Of a stretch of DNA of 64,000 bases, positions 37,606-52,106 are shown piece after piece (positions within the stretch are counted from its first letter, which is position 1; each line of letters opens with the position of its first letter). A program made the translations under genes and the position numbers. The stretch lies in contig NC_045138.2 of the NCBI RefSeq assembly GCF_008831285.2, positions 8,990,001 to 9,054,000 on the forward strand, in the 5' to 3' direction. The notes under the pieces are model-generated. The model saw only the letters and a list, made by a program, of their open reading frames with translations, was not told where the DNA came from and ran no database searches. Source of the DNA: Nymphaea colorata (Eukaryota).

Positions 37606-38399
37606 AGGTGCAAAACCTAGCCAAGTACAATCCAGTTGTATGCTCTAGTATCCTAGAGAGAGAGAGAGAGAATTCTTTGGCTTTTAACGCTTAGCCAGGG
37701 CTAGGTTTTGGGCCGAGAGGAGGAACCCTAGCTTGTCAAGCCACTCTAGCTAAACAACACAAATCCATGGTAAGTGGTAACTGTCTATCATGGGCCGAGC
37801 TAGGGAAGCAAGGGGGAAGCCAACGTTTCTAGGATTTTTCTCAAAATTTTTAAAGGCTTTCTGAAAGTTTTTAGTTTTTTAAAATTTCGTACAAGGGTAA
37901 ACTAAGAATGTTGAGAATTATACCAGGTAATTAATTCATTTTTTCCCAAATATGAGAAGGGCCACGGCACTTGCCAGCCTCAGAAGAAATTTTCTTGTAT
38001 CAATATAGTTAATGACAAAATTGCTAAAGTTAATGAAAAAAAAAACTTTTTGTAAGAACAAAAAAAAGAAATAAAAAAAAGTAAAAATATTAAAAATACC
38101 TTTCTTTTTAAATAATTACCAAAATATCTCCTCCTTTTGTTTTGTTATAGCAGGGCACCAACTCCACTCTCGCCAGCCCCTGGCTCTGTTCCCGCCGGCT
38201 AGTGGGATTAATGAATCCATGCGATACCCTAGTGGTGACCAACAAGTGCCCCACAATATGGATAGTCAACTTCCTCTTCCTCCACACCTGGAAGACAAGA
38301 CCCTGAATGGTCAAAGGGTAAATTACTCCCACCCTATTTTCAAGAACTAGCAGCCAATCTCAAGTCGTACGGTAAAGAGACTCAACCTTCAATCTTATA

Positions 38400-40870
38400 T
38401 CAGGAATTTTTTGGCCCATGGTAGGTTGGTTCGTAAGGCCAACCCAACGCATATTGCTGTCATTCCTAAGATTCCAGGTGATCATAATATTGAGAATTTT
38501 AGGCCCATCTCACTTTGCAATAGCACCATCAAGTTCTTAAGTCGCATCATGGTAAGAAGGATGTGGCCTATATTATGCCGTATTTTGATGCTAACCAAAA
38601 TGCCTTCTTAGCAGGGAGATGCATCCAAGACAGCATCTTGCTAGGTCAAGAACTAATCCACTCCATGGAAGCTAGGAAGAGCAAATCTCTTTGTCTAAAA
38701 ATTGACTTCAGCAAAGCTTGGGATTTGACTCTCTTTGGATACAAAAAGTGATGGCTTTGGTAAGAACTGTTAGTATGACAGTTGTGCTTAATGGTAAGGA
38801 AGGAAATTGGTTTTATCCTCAAAGAGGTTTAAGACAGGGTGACCCTCTGTCTCCGTACCTATTCCTCATTGTTGCTGAGATGTTCACGAGAAGCCTGAAG
38901 TATGTCATTAAGAATAAGCAAGTTAAACTCCCCACTATAGGTAAAGAGTCAAAGACATGTCTGACATTGACTCATTGTTTTATGCTGATGACTTGATTAT
39001 GTTCTCAGCCTACCACATGAAGTCCTTAAAGACTATCAAGGGAATCCTCCAAGATTCCAGAATGAGCTTAACAAGGGGTTGGCTGAACATCAATGCTTTG
39101 GGCTGTTACTTAAAATTGAACAGAAATTGCGGAGTTGAAAGAAAAACTTGATGTTGTATGCAAGTAGACTATGCTTAATCAAGTATGTTCTGTCTACTAT
39201 CCCATCTTATACAAGCATGGTTTATAAGCTGCCCCTCAAATTTATGCAAAAAGTAGAACCTTTGGGGTAGCAATGATAATATCAACAAAGCTCATTTGAT
39301 TAAATGAGATCAACTTTGTTTACCGAAGGACGAAGGAGGAGTCGGCATGAGAAGGATCAAGGACACTAACATTGCTAATCTTGCCTACTTTGCTTGTAGA
39401 GCACTTAGTACCGATAATATTTGGGTAGTTTATGTCAGGAAAAAGTATCTCAAAGATCATGGTTTGTGGCACTCTATGGCTTTTACTAAAAATTCCGTTC
39501 TTTGGAAAGATATGGTCAAATCTTGGAAGCTAATCAAAGATCAAGTTTGTTGGCAAATTAAGGATGGCAATAGAGCCAAATTTTGGATTGACAACTTGAC
39601 AAGTAGGCTCCTAGTAGTGCTGGTTGATGTAAATGACCCTATTCTTGAGGTTATTAATCCTAGAGTCACCGTTAGAGAGGTTATGTATGGTCCTAATCAA
39701 GAGCTGCATGTTACAATGAACAGATGGAGGCCTGATACTACGTCGCTCACTGTGGTGGATAACTAGATTGATACACTGTGCTAATCAACACCTTCGCCCC
39801 ATCACTCGAAAAAGGATTTGGGAGGCTATCAAGTCGCATAAGGAAACTGAAAAGTGGCGTCAGCACATTTGGGCAAAAAATGGTTTCCCAAGGGTGATAA
39901 CTGATACCAGACTCAAAAAGTTAGGAGTGCAGTTAGCTTCAAGGTGTTACCTGTGCCACATCGATGAGGAGGATGAAAGCCATCTCTTTTTTGGATGCTC
40001 TAAGTCTAAAATGTTATGGCAATTCATTATTGCTAAATTCAACCAGAAGATTCCTAGACAACACACCACTAAATAAGGTCTCATTTGGTGGGTTAGAAGG
40101 AAATTCAGAAGGAAATTGTGGGCGAGCATATGGAAAACAACTTTCCACATGGTTATCTGGTTTGTATGGCAGTTGAGAAACAAGGTGAAACATGACCAGG
40201 AACAAGTAGTTGGTGCCTATTGTTCTAGATTTTGGGAATCTTGCATAGAACAATACAAGAAAGTAAACCGAAATAGAATGGACAATCAAAAAGTGAAAAT
40301 CTGGCTACGCCAATGTATCATGTCAGCAAATTGAAGCCTCCGAGAAGGAGTAGGCTACAACATCCACATTGCATCTTGGCATGGAGAAGGTTTGAACCGT
40401 ATTGCAGGACTGCTTAGAAGCAACAATGGAGAATGCATGTTTAGAGTCTGTTCTTGGTCGAAAGAAGGGAGAGTATTCTCTAAGAACTTGGTTTTAAACA
40501 AATGTCTAGGTAAGATTAACACCAACGAGCACATAATTGTCATACAAGCCAACAATGATGCTTGGAAAGATGAACTGAACAAAGCCATCGAAGGTACCAC
40601 AGAAAGGGCTACACATCTTTTGCATATGCAGAGTCATCTTAGTAGATTGCAGTTGTCATACCAACAACCATCAGTGAAAGTTTGCAGTATATTACTTTTA
40701 TGTTCTGGTGAGAGAGGATATAAAGAATGTGTTACAGGACAAGTTGACTGGGATCCCAATCAACTATCCTTTTGGTAATGTAATCATCCTGAAAAGGATT
40801 TGAATTTTTTGTTGTATATATCCCATTTTTTGTTCTAATAATATGGATGAGGGCCTATCCCTCAGCAGGT
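38400..40870 (+). mobile_element. 5'-truncated, frameshifted L1-clade LINE (ORF2: RT, zf-RVT, RNase H-like tail)
   Basis: NFRPISLCN; LKIDFSKAWD; RGLRQGDPLSPYLF; LFYADD; CLPKDEGGVG; CYLC...EDESHLFFGC; IWFVWQLRN; GLLRSNNG. No clear poly(A) or TSD, so boundaries are approximate. Confidence 0.88.
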
Positions 40871-43145
40871 TTTCACGGGAATAGGCAACTCCAGGAAGAT
40901 GGCATTGAGCTCCTTTGTTTCTAATGGTGTTACGTTTGAAAGTGTATTGAATCAGAAGCTCATCCAAAGTCTGCTGATGGTAAAGGCTTCAGGTCTGTTA
41001 CGCGTCATCGAGTGAATCAGGTGGTGGAGCCACTAATTGAAGATTCCACATCAAAATAAATATTTTCTGAGATATTTCCAAGTAACAGAATCAGTTTTCT
41101 TTTTCATATCACCTGTATCATATTCTTTAACCAATGTGTTTAGTTACTGGTTAACCTTGCTGCTATCGGTGGTTAATCAGAACTATATATTCTCATCTAA
41201 GGCTTCGTATTCAGTTAACTTCAGTTAACAAAGAAACAGAGAAGAAAGTCTTCCTTCTTTAGCTCCTCTGGCCAGAGGTGTGAGACAAGGTGGTGTCTCT
41301 TGTTCCATTGTTTGGGTGCTACTCTCATTCCTTAAGGCGTTCAGATTGAACTGAGGTATAGTGAACTTGGCACATCTCTTGTTTAATTCTTATGGGTGCT
41401 ACTATCCTTAAGGGGTTGAAATTGAACTGAAGTATGGTGAACAGCATGCTACTATATATAGTCTGCACCATCCGATTCAACATGATAGATTGTTAAGAGA
41501 AAAATATGGAGAAAACAATGATGAACATTTTCATCATCTAATATTAGTTAACACTTTTTTTCTAATTATTTTTCTCTCAACCATCCATCTACTTTAGATT
41601 AATGCCATTGGTTAGATGGCAGGGTGACTCTAGATAACTAGAGTCATCATTCATTTATATATATATATATATATATGAGCTATTTGAAGTTGTAGCATAA
41701 GTTTGGAGGAATTGCTATATTCAACCCTGACTGCCTAACGGTCTGATTTCACTGAAAGGTTCTGCACAAGTGGGTATATAACTTTATTTTAAGGCACTGC
41801 AGAAAGAAGACTTGCACCTTTAGTTAAGTGACAAGGACCAGATATCAAACTTTGCAACAAGCCTGTTTGATGCATGACAAATATCAATCCTGCTTAGGGT
41901 AATCTGGTTAAGTACATCATGATTCATTATATAATTCTATCAGCAACATAACTTTTAGTGGCCTTTTATGTAACTCACAAACCATGTCCGCAGAAACTTT
42001 TACTATCGTTTTTGCCACTTTTTACTGATGTTTTTTCATGTTAGCAAAGAGTTGGTCTTATGTAGTATAACCTTATGCTAAAATTAATTTGAAGGTAAGA
42101 TATTTAACTAGATGGCATGCCACACAACAAAGCAAGTTGTTAAGATATCCGCCAAGTTGTTACTTTGAAGGGTTAAAATCTATTTTCCTATGAATCAATG
42201 GTAATGTTACAAACATTTACTTGCTTCCCTTAGCTAGGTTGGTGAATTGAGAGCTCCTGAATTTGGTAGGACTGCTCTCTTTCTCTGAGTTTCATTTTCG
42301 ATCGAGAAAAATGAGTGGAAGAAACTTCTAATTCTACTTGTTTGCGATCCCAAAACCACATCAAAACAAGTTTGCAAAGAACTCGTTCTAAAATTCCTAA
42401 CGTGGTCTCACTCGCATCTAAACAAGACATATAAAGAAGATTTGGAAGCCAAGTCCTGGCTAGTGGCCCATATGTGCACCTCAAGTAATATTAGTTTCAA
42501 TATTAAGTAATGGACCTGCCTTGTGTTGATTCCATGTTGAAGAACTCAGATCACGCCCCTACTTCGCCATTCTATTTCCTGAATTTCTTGTTTTAATATC
42601 CTTTTTATGCAAGCTAACTAGCATCTCCAGAGCCAATGTTTTGGGCTTAGGATGGCAGTTCACCTTGCATCCAAATTTGGGATTATATGTGCTATTTTAT
42701 ACTATTTATCCAACTTGGTTCAAATAATTGAAGAAGTCCCGTCACCAAGGATACTTCAATTTTGATTTATGACTCAAGCTTAGTAGTAGGAATACCAGCT
42801 ACAGGAATACAGAAACGTTTGTATAATTAGATAGAATAGATCCTTATGCATTGTTTGTTCTGCAGGGTAGAGCAAAGAAAACGAACGTTTCGGGCCTTCA
42901 GAAGGTGTGCTTGGATCGGTTGGCGGCAACATTTTTACGAATATTAGTTTCACTGGAAAGCTGGTGTTACAGCATGAATCAAACAATAACCGATATGCCC
43001 ATAAGGCTCTCAACTAGTAAAAAAATAGCCAAGTTTGTTACCAAATAGAGACTGATTCAAAGGTTAATTACTGTTTTTACTTTAGATCAGGTTTCCCTTG
43101 ATTGGACCTAGTAACCCCTCACGTGTACCAGAAAAGCCTGTATGT

Positions 43146-43600
43146 TGTTGGATAGTGGCCCCGAGCCCTATCTTAGTCTAGTAACTGTAAAAGGGTCCAC
43201 TTACAATTACGAGATTAAAATTGAAAAAAAATTGATTTCCAAATTAAAAGATTTCATTAAAACGAAATTGTTACCATTTTCACAAGCTTGCCAAAAATCC
43301 CTCTGGCTATAACTGATGGTGGGATTCGGGAAATCTTGGGAGGTGGACCACAAAGTCCCAGCTCATGTTCATCCGAAGTTGTTGGTCTGACTTCACAAGC
43401 CGTCAAACCTATCTCTGGTTTTTTCTTCTTCTTCCCTTTTTCCTGTTGCTGTAGTGTTTGCCACCTGTTAGACGCTGCCTGTAATCGTGCTGCGCAGAAG
43501 AGAAGCTTATTAAAGGTCTGCTGCTATGACTCCGTCATATGTTTGGAATTTATAGCTGCTTATTCGAGCAATCAAACACCCCACGAACTGAGATTCCATC
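43146..43600 (+). mobile_element. Possible solo or partial LTR related to the 17581/22442 LTRs
   Basis: Starts tgttggatagtggcc, followed by taactgtaaaagggtccactt...ttacgag, similar to 22480-22505 and 17610-17625. The end is not defined. Confidence 0.45.
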
Positions 43601-44105
43601 GCTGCAAGGGTGGCCTACATGAGGCTGGCAGGGGCTATGGCCTTCCCTTGATATTTTGAAGAAATAGAATTTTATGTGTTGACATTCTCAAAATGTTTTC
43701 ATTTAGCGAGCCTGTAAAAATTTTAAAAAATAAAGTAAGCTCTTGTTAAAAAAAGCAAAAAATTAGTTGACTTTTTTTTTTGGTCTTGGAGGTCATTAAG
43801 AACTTTGAAAAGGGATTATTTTAGTCACTATTACACGAGATTAGAAGTCAAGACCAGCCATCTACCAAGCTTCCTTCCTTGTTAACTCAATTAGATCACA
43901 CAAATGCATGGATTCACAGACTTTAAGAGCTGTTGATTTGGATATGGACAATGATCCGACACTATCCATGTGAGATTGACATTGCAGAAGATGTTGATTT
44001 GGATGTGGACAATGATCCAGCACTGCCCATGTGAGAGTGGCCCAAGAAAACGACTTCAGGATCTTGGGACTCATTCCAAAGATATAAAAAAAAATGCAAC
44101 ATTTA

Positions 44106-44342
44106 TGTCTTGTTTGGATGGAGGGAAGTAGAGGAAAATGAATGGATGAAAAGATAATGAAATAAAAAAGAAAGAAAAAGAGAAAGAAATGGAAAAGAAA
44201 GAAAAGGATGTCACATGCCTTTACTTTCCATCCCAATCTCTTCAATTTTGAAGGGATTAGATTTGTATTAATCTTTCTTTTTTGTTTTTTTTTTTTCCTT
44301 TTTCTCCCTCTCATTTCCTTTCCCTTCCATCCAAACATGTTT
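44106..44342. mobile_element. Tourist-like MITE, same terminal family as 16060-16722
   Basis: tgtttggatggagggaa ... tttcccttccatccaaaca inverted ends with purine/pyrimidine halves. Confidence 0.65.
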
Positions 44343-44474
44343 TTTTGATGCTCTTTCATTTCATTCATTGTTAATTAATCGAACAAATACAAGAATGACC
44401 AACTGTTTCCTTCATTTCCCTTCCATTACCTCCATGCAAATAGGGTAAGGGCCAACCACGAAATCGTTACTCTA

Positions 44475-44790
44475 AGGGTCCAGCATGGTTGGCACAATGG
44501 GAGCACGCCTGTCTATAAGGACAACAACCATGGTTCAACTTTCACCCACATCAACTCTATGTACAAACCAAAGGTGCTTTTATTGGGACGACTGAGTTGC
44601 AACGGTTTGGCCATGCATTGAATGTGTAGTGGAATTTATTAGGGTCAAGGGCATTCACTTAAGGCTATCAATCTCTGTTTTGAATTGTTAAGCTGTCAGG
44701 TCTCTACTATGCTACAAGTCTTCAACTGATTCTATGCCTCTAATTACAAATAAGAAGACCCAAAAGCACTCTGTTTTTTTAAAATGAAAA
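44475..44790 (+). mobile_element. Possible decayed tRNA-derived SINE
   Basis: A-box-like tggcacaatgg (44490-44500) and B-box-like ggttcaact (44532-44540) 31 nt apart. The 3' end is uncertain. Confidence 0.3.
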
Positions 44791-46480
44791 ATGGATGTGA
44801 TTTGACAACAAGATTTTTGTTATTTCTTTTTGTAGTGGACATGACTCCAGCTGATCCTCTTTAGATCAGTTGAAAATGGAGGATAAGGATAGAGTTGATG
44901 TTCCTTTCCTTTAAGGCAAGGTTCCATCAGGCGACGTATCTTTCAAGTTGAAAAGCCTCCATATCTTTTATTCGTCATCTTGACGGTGGGGGCGTGGGGT
45001 GAAGGATTGAAAAGAAAAAAGCGTTAAGGACTTCAAAATAGGGAAAAGGAAGCGTGGCGTTTGATGGTGCCCAAGAGGTCACGGCGGGAGACTCCATGAT
45101 TTCTTTTTTTCTTTGAAAACTGTAGAGAGATAAAGAAGTCTGTAGCTTTGATGTGCGCGAACACAATTTTACGAAGACCGACACAAGTTTGCGTGACTTG
45201 GACTACTACGCGCTCCAAACACGCTAAAGCTGAGGATGCAGTGTGGGAAAATTTGAGATTTGATTGAAAGCACTGGTGTTGCTGGAATCGACCCAGCTGC
45301 GAACTGATTCCGCTTTGGTTGCTGACTAGGATCTTTTTTTAAATTAATTCTTTAAATATCTATAATTTTGAAAAATTACATGTTTATTTTTTGCCAAATA
45401 ACAAATTATTGTTCGACTTTTAAAAAGTAAAAAATAAAATTTAATGAATAAGAAATCAGAATTTTGAGGTAAATTCTCAGAAAATTTTCTTTTCAATAGA
45501 AATATTAAGTTCTGACATAAAAATAATAAAAATATTTCTTTCAAGATCGGAAATATGTTTCCTCTACTGAGAGAGGTAGGCTAGCTTTGACAAAGATATT
45601 GTTCTCATTTTTTTTCTAAGAAATAGTTTGTTTATGTTTAGCAGACGATTCTTTGCGAATTTTTTTAAAAAGGTGAATGAGTACTTGTCATTTTTTAAAA
45701 GTTGAGCAGTAGGTTTGCTATACGCCTAAATGTTAGGCCACTTTTTGCAATTTTTAAGAAGTTTTTTAAATTATTTTATTTATTTATTTAGAAACATATT
45801 TTTAATAGCTTTTACCAAGTCATAATTAATAGGGCTACCGATTTGCCAAATGCACAAATTGTCAGATAAAACACTAATTTCAAAAGTTACATTACTATTT
45901 TTGTAGTTCCTTTTAAAAAATTGAACAGTAATGTGCTATTTTGTTAGATTTTTTCCTAATTTTATAATTTTATTGTTTATTAATTCGGTTTTATTTTTTT
46001 TACTTATTTATGTAAAAAATCATTCTTTTAATATTTTTACCTATTCAATCAATTCGGTTGGCTGATTGGCTAGATCGGCAGCGTGGCAGATAAGAATCCA
46101 AAGACCGATTCTGAGAGTCTCCGATTCTTTCTTTCACTTCAATATGTTCATGCCCTTTTGGAAGATCTTCAATCTGTCCTCCTTTCCGTTGATCGAACGG
46201 TTACGAGAGCAACTCGGTCCACACGTCCTATGTGCGCAATTCTTCACACAATTGCTTTCAACGAATACATCCCATCACCGGCCATCTTCGGTTTTGCCTG
46301 CTCTTTCTTTGTAGAAAACGTGAGTGAGTAGATCACAAGCGGAGTAAAAAAATTATGGATTTTTATATAAAATAAATAATTTGTTTTTTAATTTACGTGT
46401 AAATTTTTTTAAAAAATTGAAGGGTGAGTCCCTGCCGGCACCCTTCGCTCCGCCTCTCGATCCCACGCACTTTTCCTGCG

Positions 46481-47217
46481 ACAGTTTCTGACTTAATTTT
46501 GCTTGAGAACCATGATTCTCGCAAAAACACTGGATCTCAGGAAGGACAGTCTAATGCTGTCATTTTCTTTGTTGAATCCAGAAAGTTGTGAGTAGATCAC
46601 GCGCAGTTTTCCTGTAATATTTGATTTTTGAAGTGTTGGGGAGGACTGTTTCTGACTTGATTTCGCTGGAGAAACATGGTTCTCGCAAAAAAAAAAGTGG
46701 GTCTCAGGAAGCCCACAGTCTAATACTGTGATTTTATTTGTGGAATCCAGAAGGTGTGAATACTGAATAGATCACACGCAGTTCTGAAATATTTGCAGTG
46801 TTGGGGAGCACTGTTTCTGACTTAATTTCTCGCTTGAGAACCACGATTCTCGCAAACACTAGATCTGAGGAAGTCTACGGTCTAATTCTGTGATATTTTT
46901 TGTGGAATCCTAGAAGATAACACGCCGTTTCCTGTAATTTCCGTTGGTGGAAGACTTTCTGATCGCTTGAGAACCATGATTCTGGCAAAAACACTGGACG
47001 GTGAGGGAGCCCCACAGTCTGATATTGTGATTTTGTTTTGCCCTTTTCGTGGAATCCCTGTAGATCTCACGCAGTTTTCTTGTGATTGCCGTGTTCGGGA
47101 GGACAGTTTCTGACTTAATTCTGCTTCGATTCTCTCAAAAACGCTGGATGGTGAGGAAGTCCCAGAGTCTGATAATGTGAATTTTTTTTTCGTGGAATCC
47201 TTGTGAGCGTCTGCCAT
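46481..47217 (-). repeat. Five degenerate ~145-165 bp tandem units, the first two in a 111-aa ATG-started ORF
   Basis: Units ac(a/t)gtttctgacttaatt...gagaaccatgattctcgcaaaaacactggat...cagtctaata near 46481, 46645, 46811, 46954 and 47103; ORF 46882-47217 repeats T(L/I)SDxGxxSPSSVFxRI. Confidence 0.75.
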
Positions 47218-49284
47218 TGATATTCACACCAATGAGGGAAAAACTAAAACTACAGGACAGGTGTCCCCTTGGTTGGCTCAAAAAACATACACTGAATGAA
47301 TGAAAACAACCCCTCGAGTGTGACCAAAGAGAAAGGTAATTCAGATTTTGAAATTTTCCTTGCATGTTTTTTCCCATCTGATCTCGTAAAAGCATGTGCC
47401 CTTTTTGCGTGTATACAATAAGCTCTTTTTAATTCAACCAGCATCATCTCGATCCATTTCTTCCTGTTTTGTTTTGTTTGTTTTTTTTTTTTTTTTCTTC
47501 ATGGCTGCTTATTTCAGAAACGTGTGCTGGTTACTTTAGCAGAAGGTCAAAGAGCAGTTTGGTCATTTTGTGTCCCGAGATAATGATAATTGATGAAGGA
47601 AGAACCTGCAAGCAAAGAATTAGAGAACAATAATAAGATTTTTTTAATGGAAAGTGCATCTCAATTCCAAGGCGGTTCATACAAAACTGTGAGCTTTTTC
47701 TCTTGTGTTTTCTTGCTTTTGTTCACAGGGAGAAAGTGCATCCCTTGTTTCTGTTTGTGGTGGAGCACCACATTTAAAACTTATTGTCCCCCGAGCTGTC
47801 GTCGTCCGCTTTGTTGTCCTCCACGAAGGGAATGATGTCCCACAATCCATCTGCTTTCTGGCTTCCCATTGTGCTTTCTACTAATTGCTTAAAAAAACTA
47901 TCTACAAGTTTTTATTTCTCAGTGGTTATGAAATTTTTTATGATTTCAGTTGCTTTGAGCACATATATTTACCAACGCGAATGTGATCCAACTCTGGAGG
48001 CTGGTTACGGGGTTGCAAACAGTGCCGTAAATGTCGGTTCGTACAAGCTCTTATGGATCAGCCCCTTCATTGAGAAATTAGATGGGATTTAGATTTAAGA
48101 ATGATGTCTCCATCAGATTTATATTCTGAATCGGCTTTCAATAAATATCCAATTTGATTCAGGTTCATATTCAGATTAAATTTCAAATAAATATCCCATA
48201 CTTAATACCCATATATTTTGAAATTTGGTTCTTTACGCATCATTATGTGGTTTGAATTTGGTTGTTGTATATAAGTGTCGGATTCAGATTTGGATGCGAA
48301 AATAAAACTTAAATTCGAATCAGATTCAGATTATACATTTAAGAACTAGATCAGATTCAGTCGGGAGCCCAGCCAGGTTGGACCTGCGGTACCTGGCCCG
48401 TTGCCACGGATTATCTTACAATTTAAAAATCTCCTTTTCTTTTTCCTAACAGGAAAAAACTGCACTCGGGACATGATTGCGTTCGTTTGATAAAATTCAT
48501 ATTCAGGTCATTGCATCCGTACCTTCATTGATGTTTCCTATAGAAGTACATATTTATCTTGTCAAAGGAGGTACATTATTGGAAGGTGCGTGTCTATTAT
48601 GCCCTTCCTACAACGCCATTGCCCCAAACTTTTTCCTGGCTTCCTTGGCCTTATAACGCTGCAGTTATTGGCCGAATAGATCTTCTTGAGTCATTGGCAT
48701 TATTGATTCCTCAAATTGGAGGACAAAATCAAAAGCTCTACCATTTGGAACCCTTTAGGCACAAGAAAAGCTGCACTTGAGGCGTCATACGTGGACGGCT
48801 AAATCAGAAAGACGTTTTTTTGGACGTTTGGTAAGCGCCAATTGGGGGAAGGGCCGCGACCTGTATTACCTGAATACTGAGAATATATACAACAAAAAAT
48901 AGATCCCAAAACGGCGATCGAAGAGAAAATCTAAGAAGTCATTTTTCTTCCACAAGGAAGGAATAAGGGCACAATATATATGCTTGTTGAACTGCCCAAC
49001 TTGATTGAAAGATTGCAAATGAGTGGGATTTTGGGTACAGAGTTGAAAGAATCGAATTAGATAAGGCCAAGTCACAACCCTAAATCTAATCTACTTGATA
49101 TTAGATCTTCAATATTTAAGAACCATACATTTGACGCTCGACCCTCCTTTGTCACATCAAGTGTGTGGATCTATTATCATAAGATAATTAGTTTTTCCTT
49201 TTTTCGTATACTCTCAACATATAGTTTCCTAGTTTACTTTTTATTATTTTTCCAAAAAATCCATGTAAAATCACTATTCCTGCA

Positions 49285-49712
49285 TAGGGATATCAATATG
49301 TCCGATTTGGGTCAGATTTCCGATCGAACTGTTCTAAAAAAGTCAAAATATCTGATTAAGAAATTGAGGAGATTCAGATTTAAAAAATGACATTCAATTA
49401 GATTCAGATTTGAATTTAGATATACATAAATATCCGATTGGATTTCGAGGCGGATTTAGGTAAGATTTGTTTTCAAATAAATATCATATAACTAATACAC
49501 TTACGATTTGAAAGTTGGCCAAATTTGGTTCAAACTTCGGATTCAAATTGAGATGTGTATGTGAAAATCAGATCTAGATCGGATTTGGATTTCAGATTTG
49601 GATTTGGACATGTCTTTGTTTTGTTTGTATTCAAATACGAATATGTCAATATTGAAAAAGTAGATATAATTATTGGTATATCCAATTTGAATCCAATCCA
49701 TTGATATCCCTA
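49285..49712. mobile_element. hAT-like MITE with atccga/ttcaga subterminal repeats; related fragments at ~30550-30865 and ~48085-48365
   Basis: Perfect 13-bp TIR TAGGGATATCAAT / ATTGATATCCCTA. Confidence 0.75.
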
Positions 49713-52106
49713 CTCCTATTAGCTTTGTATTAGTTGTGTGTGTCTCTGTGTGCTAAATTGAGAATAGAAGCAACTATTGATGGAAGAATTTAGCTACGCT
49801 AGATAGTTTAACCAACTATACTTATTTTCTCATTATTGTCTAAAAACTAGAGCTAGGGATTGGGCTGGCCCGGGGCCACACTCCAAAGGATCAACATGAC
49901 TGATGCCCTTGAATGCATTTCCTCCCCCATCTTAGTAAGTGCCCAACTAATTTTTGTTTCAGGGTCGTTTTCACAATGACAACCGAGTGCAGTGCCCAGT
50001 CTTTACCCAAAAAATACAAGTTTAAATACATAAACAAGAATCTTAAAAATATCTGCATGCAAACAATGTCCCAACGGACAGCAGTGGTCTGACCTAACCC
50101 AGACCAAGTCAGACTAGGCCCAATTAATCTAAGGGTGAGAGACATTTTCACGACCTAAGCCCAGCCACATGTGCAGTCCTAGTAAAAACCCCGACTGCTG
50201 AAGTTTCTTCAATTGGGCCCATTTCAAATTGGTTTAATGGCTCCTCGGGTATGCCATATCTCCACTCTTTGCTATAACCTTGATCTTGGTCACCTACAAG
50301 ACCAATGTGGAAATTGCCGACACCAGCTCAAGAAAAATACTATATTTATATATTGATGTCTTATTATTTTTCTATTTTTTTTTATATATGGGTGCCCATT
50401 AGAACTTAAGATTTACAATATTACTGCCCCTTAGAACTTTTTGTCAACTTTACTACTCACAAGGTAGAAGCACGACCAATGGGAGCTAGGGACTGCTCCT
50501 CTAGGATTTTCAAGTTCTAAAAATAAATTCATTTTTAACAAAAAAAAGCAAAAAATCTTGTTACTCTTTTAAAATTTGTAGAAAACTCGATCTCCTTCCT
50601 TAGCAGCCACTGCCACAAAGTCAATCACAAGTCCGTTCTTGTGACTATCAATCACAAGATTGAGCATACTGATGTGATCTCTGTCTCTCAGTTTGTTACA
50701 GATTCATAGATGAGTAGTTAACCGTGTTAGCTTGATCCACAGGGGGGGTTCTTACGTAGTCTTCTACATCTAGTGACATATCAGGTTTCCATTGGCTAGT
50801 GACGAGCGTGCACTTGCACAGCTTCCATTTCCATGTTCTTGTTTGGAGAGTAACCACCAGCTTTTGTTGGTGCATTAAGAGAGTGTGATAGAGCATTGTT
50901 CCTAATATATCACACTATTGAAACAGTTTTTTCATCATCTTCAGTTCGTCTGCAGAAGTGAAAACCATTAAGACGTTCTCTCTCCTTCAATTTTAAAACA
51001 AACTTTTTTTTTTCCTACTTTCAATTGTGTGTTGTTTGCCTAAAAGAAGCACATAATTATCTTGTCAAAGAAGGTACATAACTGTTACCACAAAAAAGTG
51101 CATATTCATCAATGCCCTTGACCGTCCTAAAACTTTGAAGTCAGATTGACTCTCACACACACCTCTCCACTTAATTTGATTAGGCTTTGACTTTTGAGTA
51201 GCATTAGCTCCCTATTTTTCTGATTTTTTTTTTAAAATTTTTTAACAACGGTAATTGTGTGGGCTTGTGCATGCACACATATCTGTACTTATTGCAACCT
51301 TGCCTAATTTTTATTAAAACAAAAATTCTAGTTTGTATACATAAAAACCTTTCTCCGGCTGTCTAGATGGTCTGGCGTCTCACGCAAGAATGGGGCTGCA
51401 TCTATGCTGGACCATTCTGCTACAGTTTGGATCATCTGGACGAGCGGAGGATTTCAACTCCTCCATAAAAGTAACCTCGAAAATCCTTACATAGACGAGG
51501 ACATTTACGGGCTCCCAACGGGCATCGATGAAATTATTCTGGGGCCACGTGCCATTTTCCCAACCCAAGCCCAGCCATAGGCTAACCGGCACAAAGCTGA
51601 TTGAATCAAAACCTCGAGTCCATGGAGCTGATTAAAAAATTCCTTTAACACGAGAAAAAGAAATCTCACGCCGTCCAACTTTCAATTTCTTAACAATTCT
51701 TCTCGCACACATGAATTTATAGTTATCAGTCCGTCCATCTCAATTAAAATAAGTTGCCAACTGCTGATTTAAATACACCAACTTGATCAAAACAGTATGG
51801 ACATGAAAAGGTTTGAATCCAGAAGACGAAAGAACGATAGCTGTATTGGGGAGTGAACCACGCAACGGAAGGGAGGTTGGGTTCACAGACATCTGAAAGC
51901 GGCGAAAATGCCACCATCACCGCCACCACCACCACCGCCACCACATGAATGGAGGGTCCCGCTCATGCCAAAAGGCGATCTGCCCATATTATAAAACCGT
52001 CTGCAACAGTCGGTAACAAGGATGAAATCATCAAACACCGTAAAAAGTTGCAGAACCCCAAACTTTTTCCTTTTAAAAATATAAAGGAGAAAGCAGCGGA
52101 TGCGGT

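Noticed and set aside
51964..51986. tgccaaaaggcgatctgccc resembles miR399
   Set aside because: One insertion and two mismatches, and I found no complementary star arm nearby.
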